Source: Candidatus Binatus sp. | Lineage (GTDB): Bacteria > Desulfobacterota > Binatia > Binatales > Binataceae | Direction: 5' to 3' | Assembly (NCBI RefSeq): GCF_049584895.1 | Contig: NZ_JBAUYR010000086.1 | Coordinates: forward strand, 69,625 to 133,624 | Length of the DNA stretch: 64,000 bases | Shown here: positions 9,605 to 19,208 of the stretch, piece after piece | How the letters are laid out: every line of letters starts with the position of its first letter | Numbering within the stretch: the stretch's first letter is position 1 | Notes under the pieces: generated by a model | Seen by the model: the letters and a program-made list of their open reading frames with translations, nothing else | Told to the model about the DNA's origin: nothing | Databases searched by the model: none | Made by a program: the position numbers and the translations under genes

Positions 9605-10774
9605 ATGAAACCGATTTCAATTCTCGGCTCGACTGGATCTGTCGGCGTGACGACGCTGGACGTGGTCGGCCGCTTCAGCGATCGATTTCGCGTCGTCGCG
9701 ATGGCCGCGGGACGCAATCTCGATTTGCTGACAGAGCAGGTGAATCGCTTTCATCCGGAGTTGGTATCGGTGGCGACGCCTGAGCTCGCGCGCGAACTGG
9801 CGACGCACCTCGGCGCGACTCGCGTGACGATCATGCACGGACTCGACGGCGCAATCGCCGTTGCGACGCATCCTGATGCGAAGTTGGTGATGTCCGCGCT
9901 GGTCGGTGCGATGGGATTGCAGCCGACGCTCGCTGCAATCAACGCCGGCAAGGATATCGCGTTCGCCAACAAGGAAGTGCTGGTCATCGCGGGCGAGTTG
10001 ATTACGTCGGCGGTGCGCGAGAATCGTGTGCGATTGCTTCCTGTCGACAGCGAGCACAACGCGGTTTTTCAATGCCTCGAAGGACGCGGGCGCGAGTCGT
10101 TGAAGCGAATTATTCTAACTGCATCGGGCGGACCGTTCCGCGAATTGCCCGCCGATCGTTTCGAGGCGATTACCATCGAGCAGGCGCTGAAGCATCCGAC
10201 CTGGGTGATGGGCAGCAAGATCACGATCGACTCCGCGAACCTGATGAACAAGGGTCTCGAGGTGATCGAGGCGCGCTGGCTGTTCGACCTGAAGGCTGGC
10301 GAAGTTTCGGTGGTGATTCATCCGCAGAGCGTGATTCATTCGATGGTCGAAATGATCGACGGCTCGGTGATCGCGGAGATGGCGATTCCCGACATGGCGA
10401 TTCCCGTCGCCTATGCGCTCGCGTATCCCGAGCGGCTGCCGATGACGCATCTCAAACCGCTGTCGCTTGCCGAAAATTCGCGACTGACGTTTGAGGAGCC
10501 TGACCTGCGGCGGTTCCCCTGTTTGCGGCTCGCATACGACGCGCTCGCAGCGGGGAACACGATGAGCGCGTGCCTCAACGCCGCCAACGAGGAACTCGTC
10601 GCTGGATTTCTTGCGGGACGCGTACGTTTCATGGATATCCCGCGCCACATCGAGGCAGTGATGAATCGGCATCACAACTCGGCGGCGCGAACGATCGAAG
10701 ATTTGCTCGAGACGGACGGATGGGCGCGAGCCGCGGCGCGCGAACTTATCGGAGCGCGACCGGTCGCAGCCTGA
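9605..10774 (+). CDS. dxr: 1-deoxy-D-xylulose 5-phosphate reductoisomerase
   Basis: ILGSTGSVG NADPH site, LPVDSEHNA and SGGPF motifs, ~389 aa. Confidence 0.95.
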   Translation: MKPISILGSTGSVGVTTLDVVGRFSDRFRVVAMAAGRNLDLLTEQVNRFHPELVSVATPELARELATHLGATRVTIMHGLDGAIAVATHPDAKLVMSALVGAMGLQPTLAAINAGKDIAFANKEVLVIAGELITSAVRENRVRLLPVDSEHNAVFQCLEGRGRESLKRIILTASGGPFRELPADRFEAITIEQALKHPTWVMGSKITIDSANLMNKGLEVIEARWLFDLKAGEVSVVIHPQSVIHSMVEMIDGSVIAEMAIPDMAIPVAYALAYPERLPMTHLKPLSLAENSRLTFEEPDLRRFPCLRLAYDALAAGNTMSACLNAANEELVAGFLAGRVRFMDIPRHIEAVMNRHHNSAARTIEDLLETDGWARAAARELIGARPVAA

Positions 10775-10778
10775 GACG

Positions 10779-11705
10779 ATGGCAACCGCGCAGGCCAGCG
10801 AGCAGGGCGGGGTACCGTCGTACGCGTCGAGCACGGTGCGTGACGCGTCGATGCCGCCGGGAACCTTCGACGTCGCGAGCGCGTACGAATTCTGCACGCG
10901 GCTGGCGAAGTCCCACTACGAAAATTTCACGGTCGCGTCGTGGCTGATGCCGCGCGAGATGCGTCCGCACATGTACGCGATTTACGCGTACGCGCGGATG
11001 GCCGACGACTTTGCCGACGAGCATCACGACCGCGCGATGCTCGACGATTGGGAGCGCGAGCTCGATCTGGCGTACGCCGGCGGTCCGCGCCATCCGGTGT
11101 TTATCGCGCTCGCGGACACGGTGCGTCGTTTTGATATCCCGCGCGATCCGTTCAAGGATCTGCTGACCGCGTTTCGATCCGACGTGGAGTTCAAGGGCTT
11201 CGACACGCTGGACGATCTGCTTGGCTACTCGCGCTACTCGGCGAATCCTGTAGGGCGGCTGGTCCTTTACCTGTTCGGCTATCGCGACGCGGAACGGCAA
11301 CATCTGTCGGACCTGGTCTGCAGCGGATTGCAGCTCGCCAATTTCTGGCAGGACGTTGCCGTCGATCTCGACAAGGGACGAATTTATTTTCCGCGCCGCG
11401 ACATGGAACGGTTTGGCGTGACGCCGGCCGACCTCGCGGCGCATACGTCATCGCGCCAGTTTATCGATTTGATGCGTCACGAAGTCGGCGTCGCGCGCGC
11501 GATGCTGGTCGAAGGCGGAGAGCTGCACAAACGCGTGGACAAGCGGCTGCGGCGCGACATCGTGATGTTCGCGGGCGGCGGGCTGGCAATATTGCGTGCG
11601 ATCGATCGCGTCAACTACGACGTGTTCCGGATGCGTCCGGAATTGGCGAAACTCGATTACCTGAAACTCGGATGGAGCGCTTTTCGTGGACGACTTGAAG
11701 TCTGA
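10779..11705 (+). CDS. hpnC: hydroxysqualene synthase HpnC (squalene/phytoene synthase family)
   Basis: YAYARMADDFADE Asp-rich motif and NFWQDV. It lies immediately upstream of hpnD/hpnE, as in the three-enzyme squalene route. Confidence 0.85.
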   Translation: MATAQASEQGGVPSYASSTVRDASMPPGTFDVASAYEFCTRLAKSHYENFTVASWLMPREMRPHMYAIYAYARMADDFADEHHDRAMLDDWERELDLAYAGGPRHPVFIALADTVRRFDIPRDPFKDLLTAFRSDVEFKGFDTLDDLLGYSRYSANPVGRLVLYLFGYRDAERQHLSDLVCSGLQLANFWQDVAVDLDKGRIYFPRRDMERFGVTPADLAAHTSSRQFIDLMRHEVGVARAMLVEGGELHKRVDKRLRRDIVMFAGGGLAILRAIDRVNYDVFRMRPELAKLDYLKLGWSAFRGRLEV

Positions 11706-12609
11706 CGGCGGCGCCGCAGGCCTCGCGGACGTATCGCGCAACGACGGCAGGTCGCTCGACGCCGACTACGAGCACTGTGCGCAAGTCACGCGGCGCTCGC
11801 GCTCGAGTTTCTACTACGCGTTCATTTTGCTCCCGCCCGAACGGCGCCGCGCGCTGCACGCCGTGTATGCGTTCTGCCGTTTCATCGACGATATCGCCGA
11901 CGACGAAGCGATTCGCGAGCCGGCTCTCCTGCTCAAACGATGGCGCCAGGAACTTGACCGCGTCTATTCGGGCGCACCGACGCGCGCGCTTTCCCGCGCG
12001 CTGGCCGACAGCGCGCGACGATTTAAAATTCCGCGCGAGCTGTTCGAGGAAATCATCAACGGCGTCGAGATGGACCTCTCGCGCAAGCGCTACCAGAGCT
12101 GGGAAGAGCTGCGGCCGTACTGTTATCGTGTCGCGTCGGCGCTCGGCCTCATCTGTATCGAAATATTCGGCTATTCAAATCCGTCGGCGAAGCTGTACGC
12201 GGAGAATCTCGGACTGGCGCTTCAGCTGACGAATATTCTGCGCGACGTGCGCGAGGATGCCGAGCGCGGACGAATTTATCTGCCACTGGAGGATCTCGCG
12301 CGCTTCAGCGTGAGCGAAGACGAAATTCTCGGCGGCGTGTACTCGCCGAACTTCGTCAGGCTGATGGACTTCGAGGCGCGACGCGCGCGCGAGCTCTACG
12401 CGCTGGCGCAAAGCGAGCTCGCGCCGGAAGATCGCGCGACTCTGCTGACCGCGGAGGCGATGCGGCTCATCTATGCAGCGCTGCTCGAACGCATCATCAA
12501 TTCCAACTATCGCGTGCTCGACCGCCGCCACAGCCTGTCCGCGCCGCACAAGCTCTACCTGGTCGGCCGCGCGTGGGCTGAAGGGCGCATCAGCGCGCTG
12601 CGCGGATAG
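11686..12609 (+). CDS. hpnD: presqualene diphosphate synthase HpnD
   Basis: YAFCRFIDDIADD, QLTNILRDVREDAERGRIYLP. Overlaps the hpnC end by 20 nt. Confidence 0.85.
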   Translation: MDDLKSDGGAAGLADVSRNDGRSLDADYEHCAQVTRRSRSSFYYAFILLPPERRRALHAVYAFCRFIDDIADDEAIREPALLLKRWRQELDRVYSGAPTRALSRALADSARRFKIPRELFEEIINGVEMDLSRKRYQSWEELRPYCYRVASALGLICIEIFGYSNPSAKLYAENLGLALQLTNILRDVREDAERGRIYLPLEDLARFSVSEDEILGGVYSPNFVRLMDFEARRARELYALAQSELAPEDRATLLTAEAMRLIYAALLERIINSNYRVLDRRHSLSAPHKLYLVGRAWAEGRISALRG

Positions 12610-13974
12610 ATGGCATCCGCGCGGAAAAATGTGGTCGTCATCGGCGCCGGGTTCGCGGGCCTCAGCGCAGCGGTCGCGCTCGCGGAGCGGGGACTACGAG
12701 TTACGGTGCTCGAAGGAAAGCCTGCGCTCGGCGGGCGCGCGTATTCGTTTGCCGATCCTGACACCGGCGACTTCGTCGACAACGGCCAGCACGTCCTGAT
12801 GGGCTGTTACGGCGAGACGCTCGACTTCCTCAAGCGGATCGGCACCTACGACCAGCTTGTGTTCCAGGTGGATCTGAAGATCGAAATGCTCGCGGGTCCC
12901 GGACAAAGCGCAGTGTTGAAAACGGCGCGACTCCCGGGACCTCTCCACATGATGGCCGCGCTGTTCGGCTATCGGCATCTGAGTCCTGCGGAGCGGATAA
13001 GTGTTATGCGCGGCGGGTTCCGCATGCTCGTGATGAGGCGATTCGGCGACGAGCTGCGTCGTCTCACCGTCGCGCAACTGATGGATCGCCTCGGACAGTC
13101 GGAGCACGCGCGGCAATGCTTCTGGTATCCGCTGTCGATCGCGACCCTCAACGACGAGCCGGAATCGTCGTCGTCACAGCAGTTGGTCGAAGTGCTGAGG
13201 CGCGCATTTTTTTCCCGCCACCGCCGCGACTCTGCGTTCGTATATTCGCGCGTCGGGTTGAGCGACCTGTACTGCACTGGCGCGACGCGGTTGATTGAGC
13301 GCGCGGGCGGGACTGTGGTTTCGCGCTCGATCGTCGAAATGCTGGAACTCGGCGCGGGCGGCAATGTCGCAAGCGTGCGGCTCCGCGACGGGCGGCGAAT
13401 CGAAGCGTCGGACTTCATCAGCGCCGTGCCGGCGCCCCAGTTGCTCCGTATTCTGCCTGAAAACGCGGTCGCGGATCCATTTTTCTCGCGCTTCACGGGA
13501 TTAACCAGTTCGCCAATCATCTGCGTCCACGTATGGCTCGATCGCGAAGTGACTAACTCACCGTTCATCGGCTTCATCGGCACGACTACTCAATGGCTAT
13601 TCAACAAACGCCAGATATTCGCGCAGCGCGGCGAGGCGCATCCGGGTTACCTGAGCTTCGTGATCAGCGGCGCACGAAAGCTGGTCGATAGCAGCAACGA
13701 GGAAATTCTCGATATCGTGATTAACGATCTCCACGCGATGATTCCTGCGTCGCGTGAGGCCAAAGTCGTGAAGTCACTGGTGCTGAAGGAGAAGAATGCG
13801 ACGATCGCGCCGGACCTTCGATCGCTTGAATTGCGTCCGAAGGCGAAGACGCCGATCGCGAACTTCTTTCTGGCTGGTGACTGGATCCAAACAGAACTGC
13901 CTGCGACGATTGAGAGCGCGGTGATCTCCGGGCGGGCCGCGGCGGCCGCCGTCCTCTCGCGCTCCACCGAATAG
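12610..13974 (+). CDS. hpnE: hydroxysqualene dehydroxylase HpnE (FAD-dependent amine-oxidase fold)
   Basis: VVVIGAGFAGLSAAVAL dinucleotide-binding motif and a C-terminal FLAGDW motif. The start abuts the hpnD stop. Confidence 0.85.
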   Translation: MASARKNVVVIGAGFAGLSAAVALAERGLRVTVLEGKPALGGRAYSFADPDTGDFVDNGQHVLMGCYGETLDFLKRIGTYDQLVFQVDLKIEMLAGPGQSAVLKTARLPGPLHMMAALFGYRHLSPAERISVMRGGFRMLVMRRFGDELRRLTVAQLMDRLGQSEHARQCFWYPLSIATLNDEPESSSSQQLVEVLRRAFFSRHRRDSAFVYSRVGLSDLYCTGATRLIERAGGTVVSRSIVEMLELGAGGNVASVRLRDGRRIEASDFISAVPAPQLLRILPENAVADPFFSRFTGLTSSPIICVHVWLDREVTNSPFIGFIGTTTQWLFNKRQIFAQRGEAHPGYLSFVISGARKLVDSSNEEILDIVINDLHAMIPASREAKVVKSLVLKEKNATIAPDLRSLELRPKAKTPIANFFLAGDWIQTELPATIESAVISGRAAAAAVLSRSTE

Positions 13975-14015
13975 CTATTGACTAATCGCGATTGACTAAT
14001 CGCAAACTAATCTAA

Positions 14016-15020
14016 ATGACTACCAAGTTGGCACTGGTCACAGGCGGCAACGGATTCGTGGGATGCCACGTCGTGCGCGCCCTTATTGCCCGCGGCGATC
14101 GTGTAAGGGTGCTGGCGCGCGAGAACGCGGATTTGAGCGCGCTCGCCGGGTTGCCGGTTGAAATCGTACGCGGCGATCTCCGGTATTTCGATTCGATCGA
14201 GCGCGCCGTGAACGGATGCAATGAGGTTTATCACGTCGGCGCGGACTATCGGCTGTGGCTGACCGATCCGGCGCCGATGTATGCGACCAACGTCAACGGC
14301 ACCGAGCACGTTATTCGCGCTGCAACCGGCGCGGGTGTTTCGCGGATTGTTTATACGAGCACGGTCGGGGCGCTAGGGATTCCACACGGCGGTGTAGGAC
14401 GAGAGGACACGCCGTCGTCGCTCGCAACGATGCCCGGTCATTACAAGCGATCGAAGTATATGGCGGAGCAGGCGGCGCTGAAGGCCGCGCGCGAGGGCGC
14501 GCCCGTCGTGATCGTAAATCCGTCGACGCCGATTGGTGCGCTCGACTTCAAGCCGACGCCGACCGGCAGAATCATCGTGGATTTCCTGAATCGGCGGATG
14601 CCCGCGTACGTCGAGACCGGGCTTAATATCGTCGATGTCGCAGACGTCGCGCGCGGTCACCTGCTGGCGGCAGAGCGAGGCCGGATCGGTGAGAAATATA
14701 TTCTTGGCGGCGAGAATCTTACGCTCAAGGAATTTCTCGGGCGGCTTGCGGCGATTTCCGGAATGCCTGCGCCGAAGATGAGAATTCCGTACGCTGTCGC
14801 GTTCAGCTTCGCGCTCGGCGCCGAAGCGTTTGCGCGCACCGTCACGCGCCGCGCGCCGCGCGCCAGCCTGACCGAAGTGCGGATGGCGCGAAAGCATATG
14901 TTCTTCGACTCCTCGAAGGCACGCGTAGAACTGGGCTATTCGCCCGGACCGATCGACGTGGCGATAACCGCAGCGATCGAATTCTTCAGAAACAAAGGAG
15001 CCGCGAAGAGCGCCGCGTAA
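14016..15020 (+). CDS. hpnA: hopanoid-associated NAD-dependent sugar epimerase/dehydratase HpnA
   Basis: VTGGNGFVGCHVV Rossmann motif, YKRSK catalytic YxxxK, and cluster position. Confidence 0.8.
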   Translation: MTTKLALVTGGNGFVGCHVVRALIARGDRVRVLARENADLSALAGLPVEIVRGDLRYFDSIERAVNGCNEVYHVGADYRLWLTDPAPMYATNVNGTEHVIRAATGAGVSRIVYTSTVGALGIPHGGVGREDTPSSLATMPGHYKRSKYMAEQAALKAAREGAPVVIVNPSTPIGALDFKPTPTGRIIVDFLNRRMPAYVETGLNIVDVADVARGHLLAAERGRIGEKYILGGENLTLKEFLGRLAAISGMPAPKMRIPYAVAFSFALGAEAFARTVTRRAPRASLTEVRMARKHMFFDSSKARVELGYSPGPIDVAITAAIEFFRNKGAAKSAA

Positions 15021-15028
15021 ACCTCGCG

Positions 15029-15928
15029 ATGCATCTCCTGCTATCCACCATTGCACTGCGCCCGTATGTGTTTATCTTCCTCGCGAGTTTTCTGTTTATC
15101 GCGATCGTGAACTTCGGCCTGCGCACGACGCTGCTCTTCACCATGCTGACCTACGCGGTCTCGCTCGCGTGCGAGTGGTCCTCGATCCACAACGGATTCC
15201 CGTTCGGGCTTTATCATTATATTGACGCGACTCGCGGGCGCGAGATTTGGGTCTTCGGCGTCCCGTTCATGGACTCGTTGTCGTTCACTTTCCTCGGCTT
15301 CGCCAGTTACACCGTCGCGCTCTTGCTCAGCTCGCCCCTGTATCGGCGCGGGGCGGACGTCCGAATTCTCGACACATGGAAAATCCGCCGCGCACCGCGA
15401 GTCTGGCTGATGGCAGCGCTGTTCATGGTGATGGTGGATATGGTCGTCGATCCGTTGAGCGTGCTCGGCGACCGATGGTTCCTCGGCAAGATTTTCTGGT
15501 ACGACCCGCCGGGTCCGCATTTCGGTGTCCCCATCAGCAATTATCTCGGATGGTATTTTGTCGCCGCGATCACGATTGCGATGTTCCAGTGGCTCGACGC
15601 CGCCCTCAATCGCGGCCCGGTCAAGCCGGCCGGCCTGGTCCCTGGGATGGTATCGCGCGCGCTGCTCGGCCCGATGCTCTACGCCGGAATCGTGATCTTC
15701 GGAATCACGATGTTGTTCCGCATCGATGCGCCGAATATCGGATGGGCGGCAGTTTTCATCTTTCTGCCGTTTGCCGTGCTCGCGATTCATATCCTCACTC
15801 GTCACGAATCGTCGGGCGATGACGCAGCAATCGAACGTCATCTGACAGATTTTCCTTACGAGCGGGATCTTCCTGTCTGGAAGCCAAAGAGCGGGCGCAA
15901 GCGCGAACTGCGTAGCGTCACCGCGTAG
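15029..15928 (+). CDS. polytopic membrane protein, CruF / 'carotenoid biosynthesis protein' (PF04240-like) family
   Basis: ~8 predicted hydrophobic segments. EWSSIHNGFPFGLYHY and GVPISNYLGWYF resemble the carotenoid 1,2-hydratase-type family. The family call is from memory only. Confidence 0.55.
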   Translation: MHLLLSTIALRPYVFIFLASFLFIAIVNFGLRTTLLFTMLTYAVSLACEWSSIHNGFPFGLYHYIDATRGREIWVFGVPFMDSLSFTFLGFASYTVALLLSSPLYRRGADVRILDTWKIRRAPRVWLMAALFMVMVDMVVDPLSVLGDRWFLGKIFWYDPPGPHFGVPISNYLGWYFVAAITIAMFQWLDAALNRGPVKPAGLVPGMVSRALLGPMLYAGIVIFGITMLFRIDAPNIGWAAVFIFLPFAVLAIHILTRHESSGDDAAIERHLTDFPYERDLPVWKPKSGRKRELRSVTA

Positions 15929-16008
15929 AGGCAGCGCTTCCAAAATTTCACTGACTGTGGCAAGCGTCAATCGCCGGGCTACGATCGCGTCGGCAGAGGT
16001 GAACCATC

Positions 16009-16806
16009 ATGCTGCTCAAGGACAAAGTTGCGTTGATCACGGGTGCGGGTTCGGGAATCGGGCGCGCGAGTGCACTTCGATTCGCACGCGAAGGCGCGAA
16101 GTTGATGATCGCCGACGTGCGCGCGGAATCCGCGAGCAATACCGCCGCTGAGATCGAGAAGGCCGGCGGGGTTGCGAAGTCAGTCTCGGTTGATGTGCGC
16201 GTCGCGGCCGAAGTCGAGCGCATGGTCGACGAAACGATCCGTGCGTTCGGCCGCCTCGACATCCTGTTCAACAACGCCGGCGTCTTCGTGCCCAAAACCG
16301 TAGTGGATACGACCGAGGAAGAATGGGACTGGGTCGTAGACGTGTGCCTGAAGGGAGTGTTCTTCGGCTGCAAGTACGCGATCCCCCACATGATCAAGCA
16401 GGGGGGTGGCGTGATCATCAACACCGCCAGCGGCGCGGGCATCGAGGGCGTGCCGAATCTTGGCGCCTACCAGGCGGCGAAGGGCGGCGTCGTGATCATG
16501 TCGAAGGGAATCGCGCTCGATTTCGCGCGCCAGAACATTCGATGCGTCTCGATTTGCCCGGGCGTGATCGAAACGCCGATCGCCGAGAACTGCAACACCA
16601 TTCCCGCCGGCGCGTCGCAGCTGATGTGGGAGCGCACCGGCATCATGCATCCGCTCGGGCGCAACGGAAAACCGGAAGAAGTCGGCGCGCTAGCGGCGTT
16701 CCTCGCGTCGGACGAGGCGGGATTCATCACCGGCGTCGCGGTGCCGATCGACGGCGGATTCAGCGCGGGTGCTTTCGCGCCACCGAGTCGCGATCGCGCT
16801 TCGTAG
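16009..16806 (+). CDS. short-chain dehydrogenase/reductase (SDR)
   Basis: TGAGSGIGRA, NNAG, YQAAKGG (YxxxK). Confidence 0.9.
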   Translation: MLLKDKVALITGAGSGIGRASALRFAREGAKLMIADVRAESASNTAAEIEKAGGVAKSVSVDVRVAAEVERMVDETIRAFGRLDILFNNAGVFVPKTVVDTTEEEWDWVVDVCLKGVFFGCKYAIPHMIKQGGGVIINTASGAGIEGVPNLGAYQAAKGGVVIMSKGIALDFARQNIRCVSICPGVIETPIAENCNTIPAGASQLMWERTGIMHPLGRNGKPEEVGALAAFLASDEAGFITGVAVPIDGGFSAGAFAPPSRDRAS

Positions 16807-17632
16807 CATCCGGAGCCTGACCTTCGTACGCGATCGCCGTGAGTGCGTCGGCGATTGCGGCGGTCGCGCGCGAGAGGTTTCGAATCATCTTCGGCAACTT
16901 GAGCATCGTCGCCGGATTGCGGATTAGGTACGACGTCGCCGCGAGCGGCCGCACGTTGCCGTCCGCGTCCGCCATCTCTGCTCCCACGACATCGTCGTCA
17001 ACTTCGTCGAGCACTGCGCGAATCGCAACGAAAGGCAGTCCGCGCGCGGCCGCTTCTGCAGCTATCGCGGCGGTTTCCATGTCCACCGCAATCGCGCCGG
17101 TGCTTTCTTTCGCACGCCGCTTCTCAACGCCGCTCGCGAGCACGCGATGCGAAGTCAAAATCGCTCCGGTTGAGTATGCGATACCCACCTTCGCTAGCGA
17201 ACGGCCGGCCGCGCGCAGATGCGAGTCGCTGACAGCGATCACTCGTTCGGCCACCTGTCCATCGCCATCAATAGTCATTACGCGGTCGGAAAGGATGAGG
17301 TCACCCGGCTTCAGCCCGCTCGACAGCGCCCCAACGACGCCGGTCCCGATTACCAATTCGGCGCCAGGTATCGAGTCAAAGGCTCTGCGCGCCGTTTCGG
17401 TTGCGCGACGATGCCCGATTCCGTGGCCGATAACCGCAAACTCCTTGCCGCCGATCTCCGCGCGGAAGCCATGCAAGCCATCGAGCGCGAGCGGAGTACG
17501 CTTGACCTGCCGGCGCTTGAAAGGCGCAATCTCGCGCGAGAAGGCGTAGAAGAGAAGAATCAACCCTGTAATCTCATTAGCATTGCGAAATGACGCTTGA
17601 GTAGGCCGTTCGATACTAGCAAAATCGAGCAC
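16760..17632 (-). CDS. hpnG: hopanoid-associated phosphorylase/nucleosidase HpnG (PNP_UDP_1 family)
   Basis: Nucleoside phosphorylase-type motifs (VIGTGVVGAL, AVDMETAAIA) and hopanoid context. It overlaps the SDR 3' end convergently by 47 nt. Confidence 0.72.
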   Translation of the reverse strand: MLDFASIERPTQASFRNANEITGLILLFYAFSREIAPFKRRQVKRTPLALDGLHGFRAEIGGKEFAVIGHGIGHRRATETARRAFDSIPGAELVIGTGVVGALSSGLKPGDLILSDRVMTIDGDGQVAERVIAVSDSHLRAAGRSLAKVGIAYSTGAILTSHRVLASGVEKRRAKESTGAIAVDMETAAIAAEAAARGLPFVAIRAVLDEVDDDVVGAEMADADGNVRPLAATSYLIRNPATMLKLPKMIRNLSRATAAIADALTAIAYEGQAPDATKRDRDSVARKHPR

Positions 17633-17661
17633 GTGTTTTTCGATAGTCGCGGTGCCGCGGT

Positions 17662-18522
17662 TTGAAGCGCCTCATCGTTAACGCCGACGACTTCGGCTTG
17701 TCGCCCGAGGTCAACGCCGGCATCACGCGAGCGCATCGCGACGGGATTCTGCGCAGCGCGAGCCTGATGGTCGCGGAGCCGGCCGCGCGCGCGGCCGCCG
17801 AGCTTGCGCGCGACAATCCCGAGCTCGACGTCGGTCTGCATGCTGTAGTCTGCCGGGGTCGCAGCATGCTTGACGGCTCTCGGCTCGGCGCGGCAGTGGG
17901 CGCGTCGGGAGAGTTCATCGAGAGTCCGGTCGCCGCGGGCATGCGCTATTTCTTCGACCGCTCGTTGCGCGCCGCGATGACCGACGAGCTGCGCGCGCAG
18001 GTCGAGCGGCATCTCGAGCTGGTCGGCTACCTCAATCATATCGACGGGCATCTGAACTTCCATGTCCATCCGCTGTTCGCCGATATTCTGGTGAACCTCG
18101 CCGTCGAATACAAAGTGCCGTGCATCCGGCTCCCGCGCGAGCGCGTGATGACGACGCTGCGGCTGCGCCGCGACAATGCGACGCGCAAGCTGGTCGAGTC
18201 GGCGATCTTTCGTACGCTGTCGCGCCGAACGCGCCGCATGATGACCGAGCGCGGCCTGACCTCGACCGACGCGCTGTTCGGACTCCATCAGAGCGGCAAT
18301 CTGAGCGAAGACTACGTCGTGGGCGTGATCGATCGAATTCGCGACGGCACCACCGAGCTGTATTTTCATCCGGCGGCCGACATCGGCGGTACTCCGCCAA
18401 CGCCCGCGGCGCAGCTCGAAGTCGAGATTCTGACCAGTCCGCGCGTTCACAACGCGATCGTTCGAAATGGAATCGAGCTGATCACGTTTGCCGATCTCGC
18501 GAAGGACAAACTGGCCGCTTGA
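17662..18522 (+). CDS. hpnK: hopanoid biosynthesis-associated YdjC-like deacetylase HpnK
   Basis: LIVNADDFGLS YdjC signature and HxxxH-type metal ligands. TTG start. Divergent from hpnG across a 29-bp gap. Confidence 0.72.
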   Translation: MKRLIVNADDFGLSPEVNAGITRAHRDGILRSASLMVAEPAARAAAELARDNPELDVGLHAVVCRGRSMLDGSRLGAAVGASGEFIESPVAAGMRYFFDRSLRAAMTDELRAQVERHLELVGYLNHIDGHLNFHVHPLFADILVNLAVEYKVPCIRLPRERVMTTLRLRRDNATRKLVESAIFRTLSRRTRRMMTERGLTSTDALFGLHQSGNLSEDYVVGVIDRIRDGTTELYFHPAADIGGTPPTPAAQLEVEILTSPRVHNAIVRNGIELITFADLAKDKLAA

Positions 18523-18585
18523 TTCAACTCCGCATCTGGCATTGCCTGTGATTCGGCGAAACTTCCCAACCAGGAGACCAGGTTC

Positions 18586-19101
18586 ATGGCGGACGTAAAA
18601 ATTCGGCCAGCGACGCGCGAAGACCTGCCGCGCCTGACCGAAATTTACAACTACTACGTGATCAACACTCCCATCACGTTCGACCTGGAACCGGTCACGG
18701 CCGAGCAACGCGCGCGATGGTTCGACGAGCACACCGGCACGAAGCGGCATCGCCTGTTCGTCGCGGAAGACGCCGGGCTCGTCGTGGGTTGGGCGGGGAC
18801 CGGGCCGTTTCGCGACAGGGCGGCGTACGACACCAGCGTTGAGACGTCGATCTATTGTGCGAACGATGCGAAGAGTCGGGGAATCGGAGCCGCGATGTAT
18901 CGCGTACTTCTCGATGCGCTCAAGAATGAGGACATCAATCGAGTACTGGCCGGAATCACGCTTCCTAATGAGGTGTCGATCAAGCTGCATCGCAAATTCG
19001 GCTTCACCGACGTTGGCGTCTTCACCGAATGCGGCCGCAAGTTCAACCGTTACTGGGACGTCGTGTGGATGGAGCGACCGTTGCGACTCGCCGGCGAATG
19101 A
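18586..19101 (+). CDS. GNAT family N-acetyltransferase (phosphinothricin acetyltransferase-like)
   Basis: IRPATREDLPRLTEIYNYYV...RGIGAAMY acetyl-CoA binding region. Confidence 0.8.
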   Translation: MADVKIRPATREDLPRLTEIYNYYVINTPITFDLEPVTAEQRARWFDEHTGTKRHRLFVAEDAGLVVGWAGTGPFRDRAAYDTSVETSIYCANDAKSRGIGAAMYRVLLDALKNEDINRVLAGITLPNEVSIKLHRKFGFTDVGVFTECGRKFNRYWDVVWMERPLRLAGE

Positions 19102-19140
19102 GTTGCTCGCGCCTCGACGCTGTTTGAACTAGGCTAAGTG

Positions 19141-19166
19141 AATGCGGGCCAGCGTCCTGCATTTTT
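19141..19166 (+). terminator. putative intrinsic terminator after the GNAT gene
   Basis: 8-bp stem aatgcggg/tcctgcatt (one G-U pair) with a 7-nt loop, running into a TTTTT tract. Confidence 0.4.
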
Positions 19167-19208
19167 CACCTTCACCGCGACTGCCTTATAAGGAAGAGAG
19201 ATCATCAG

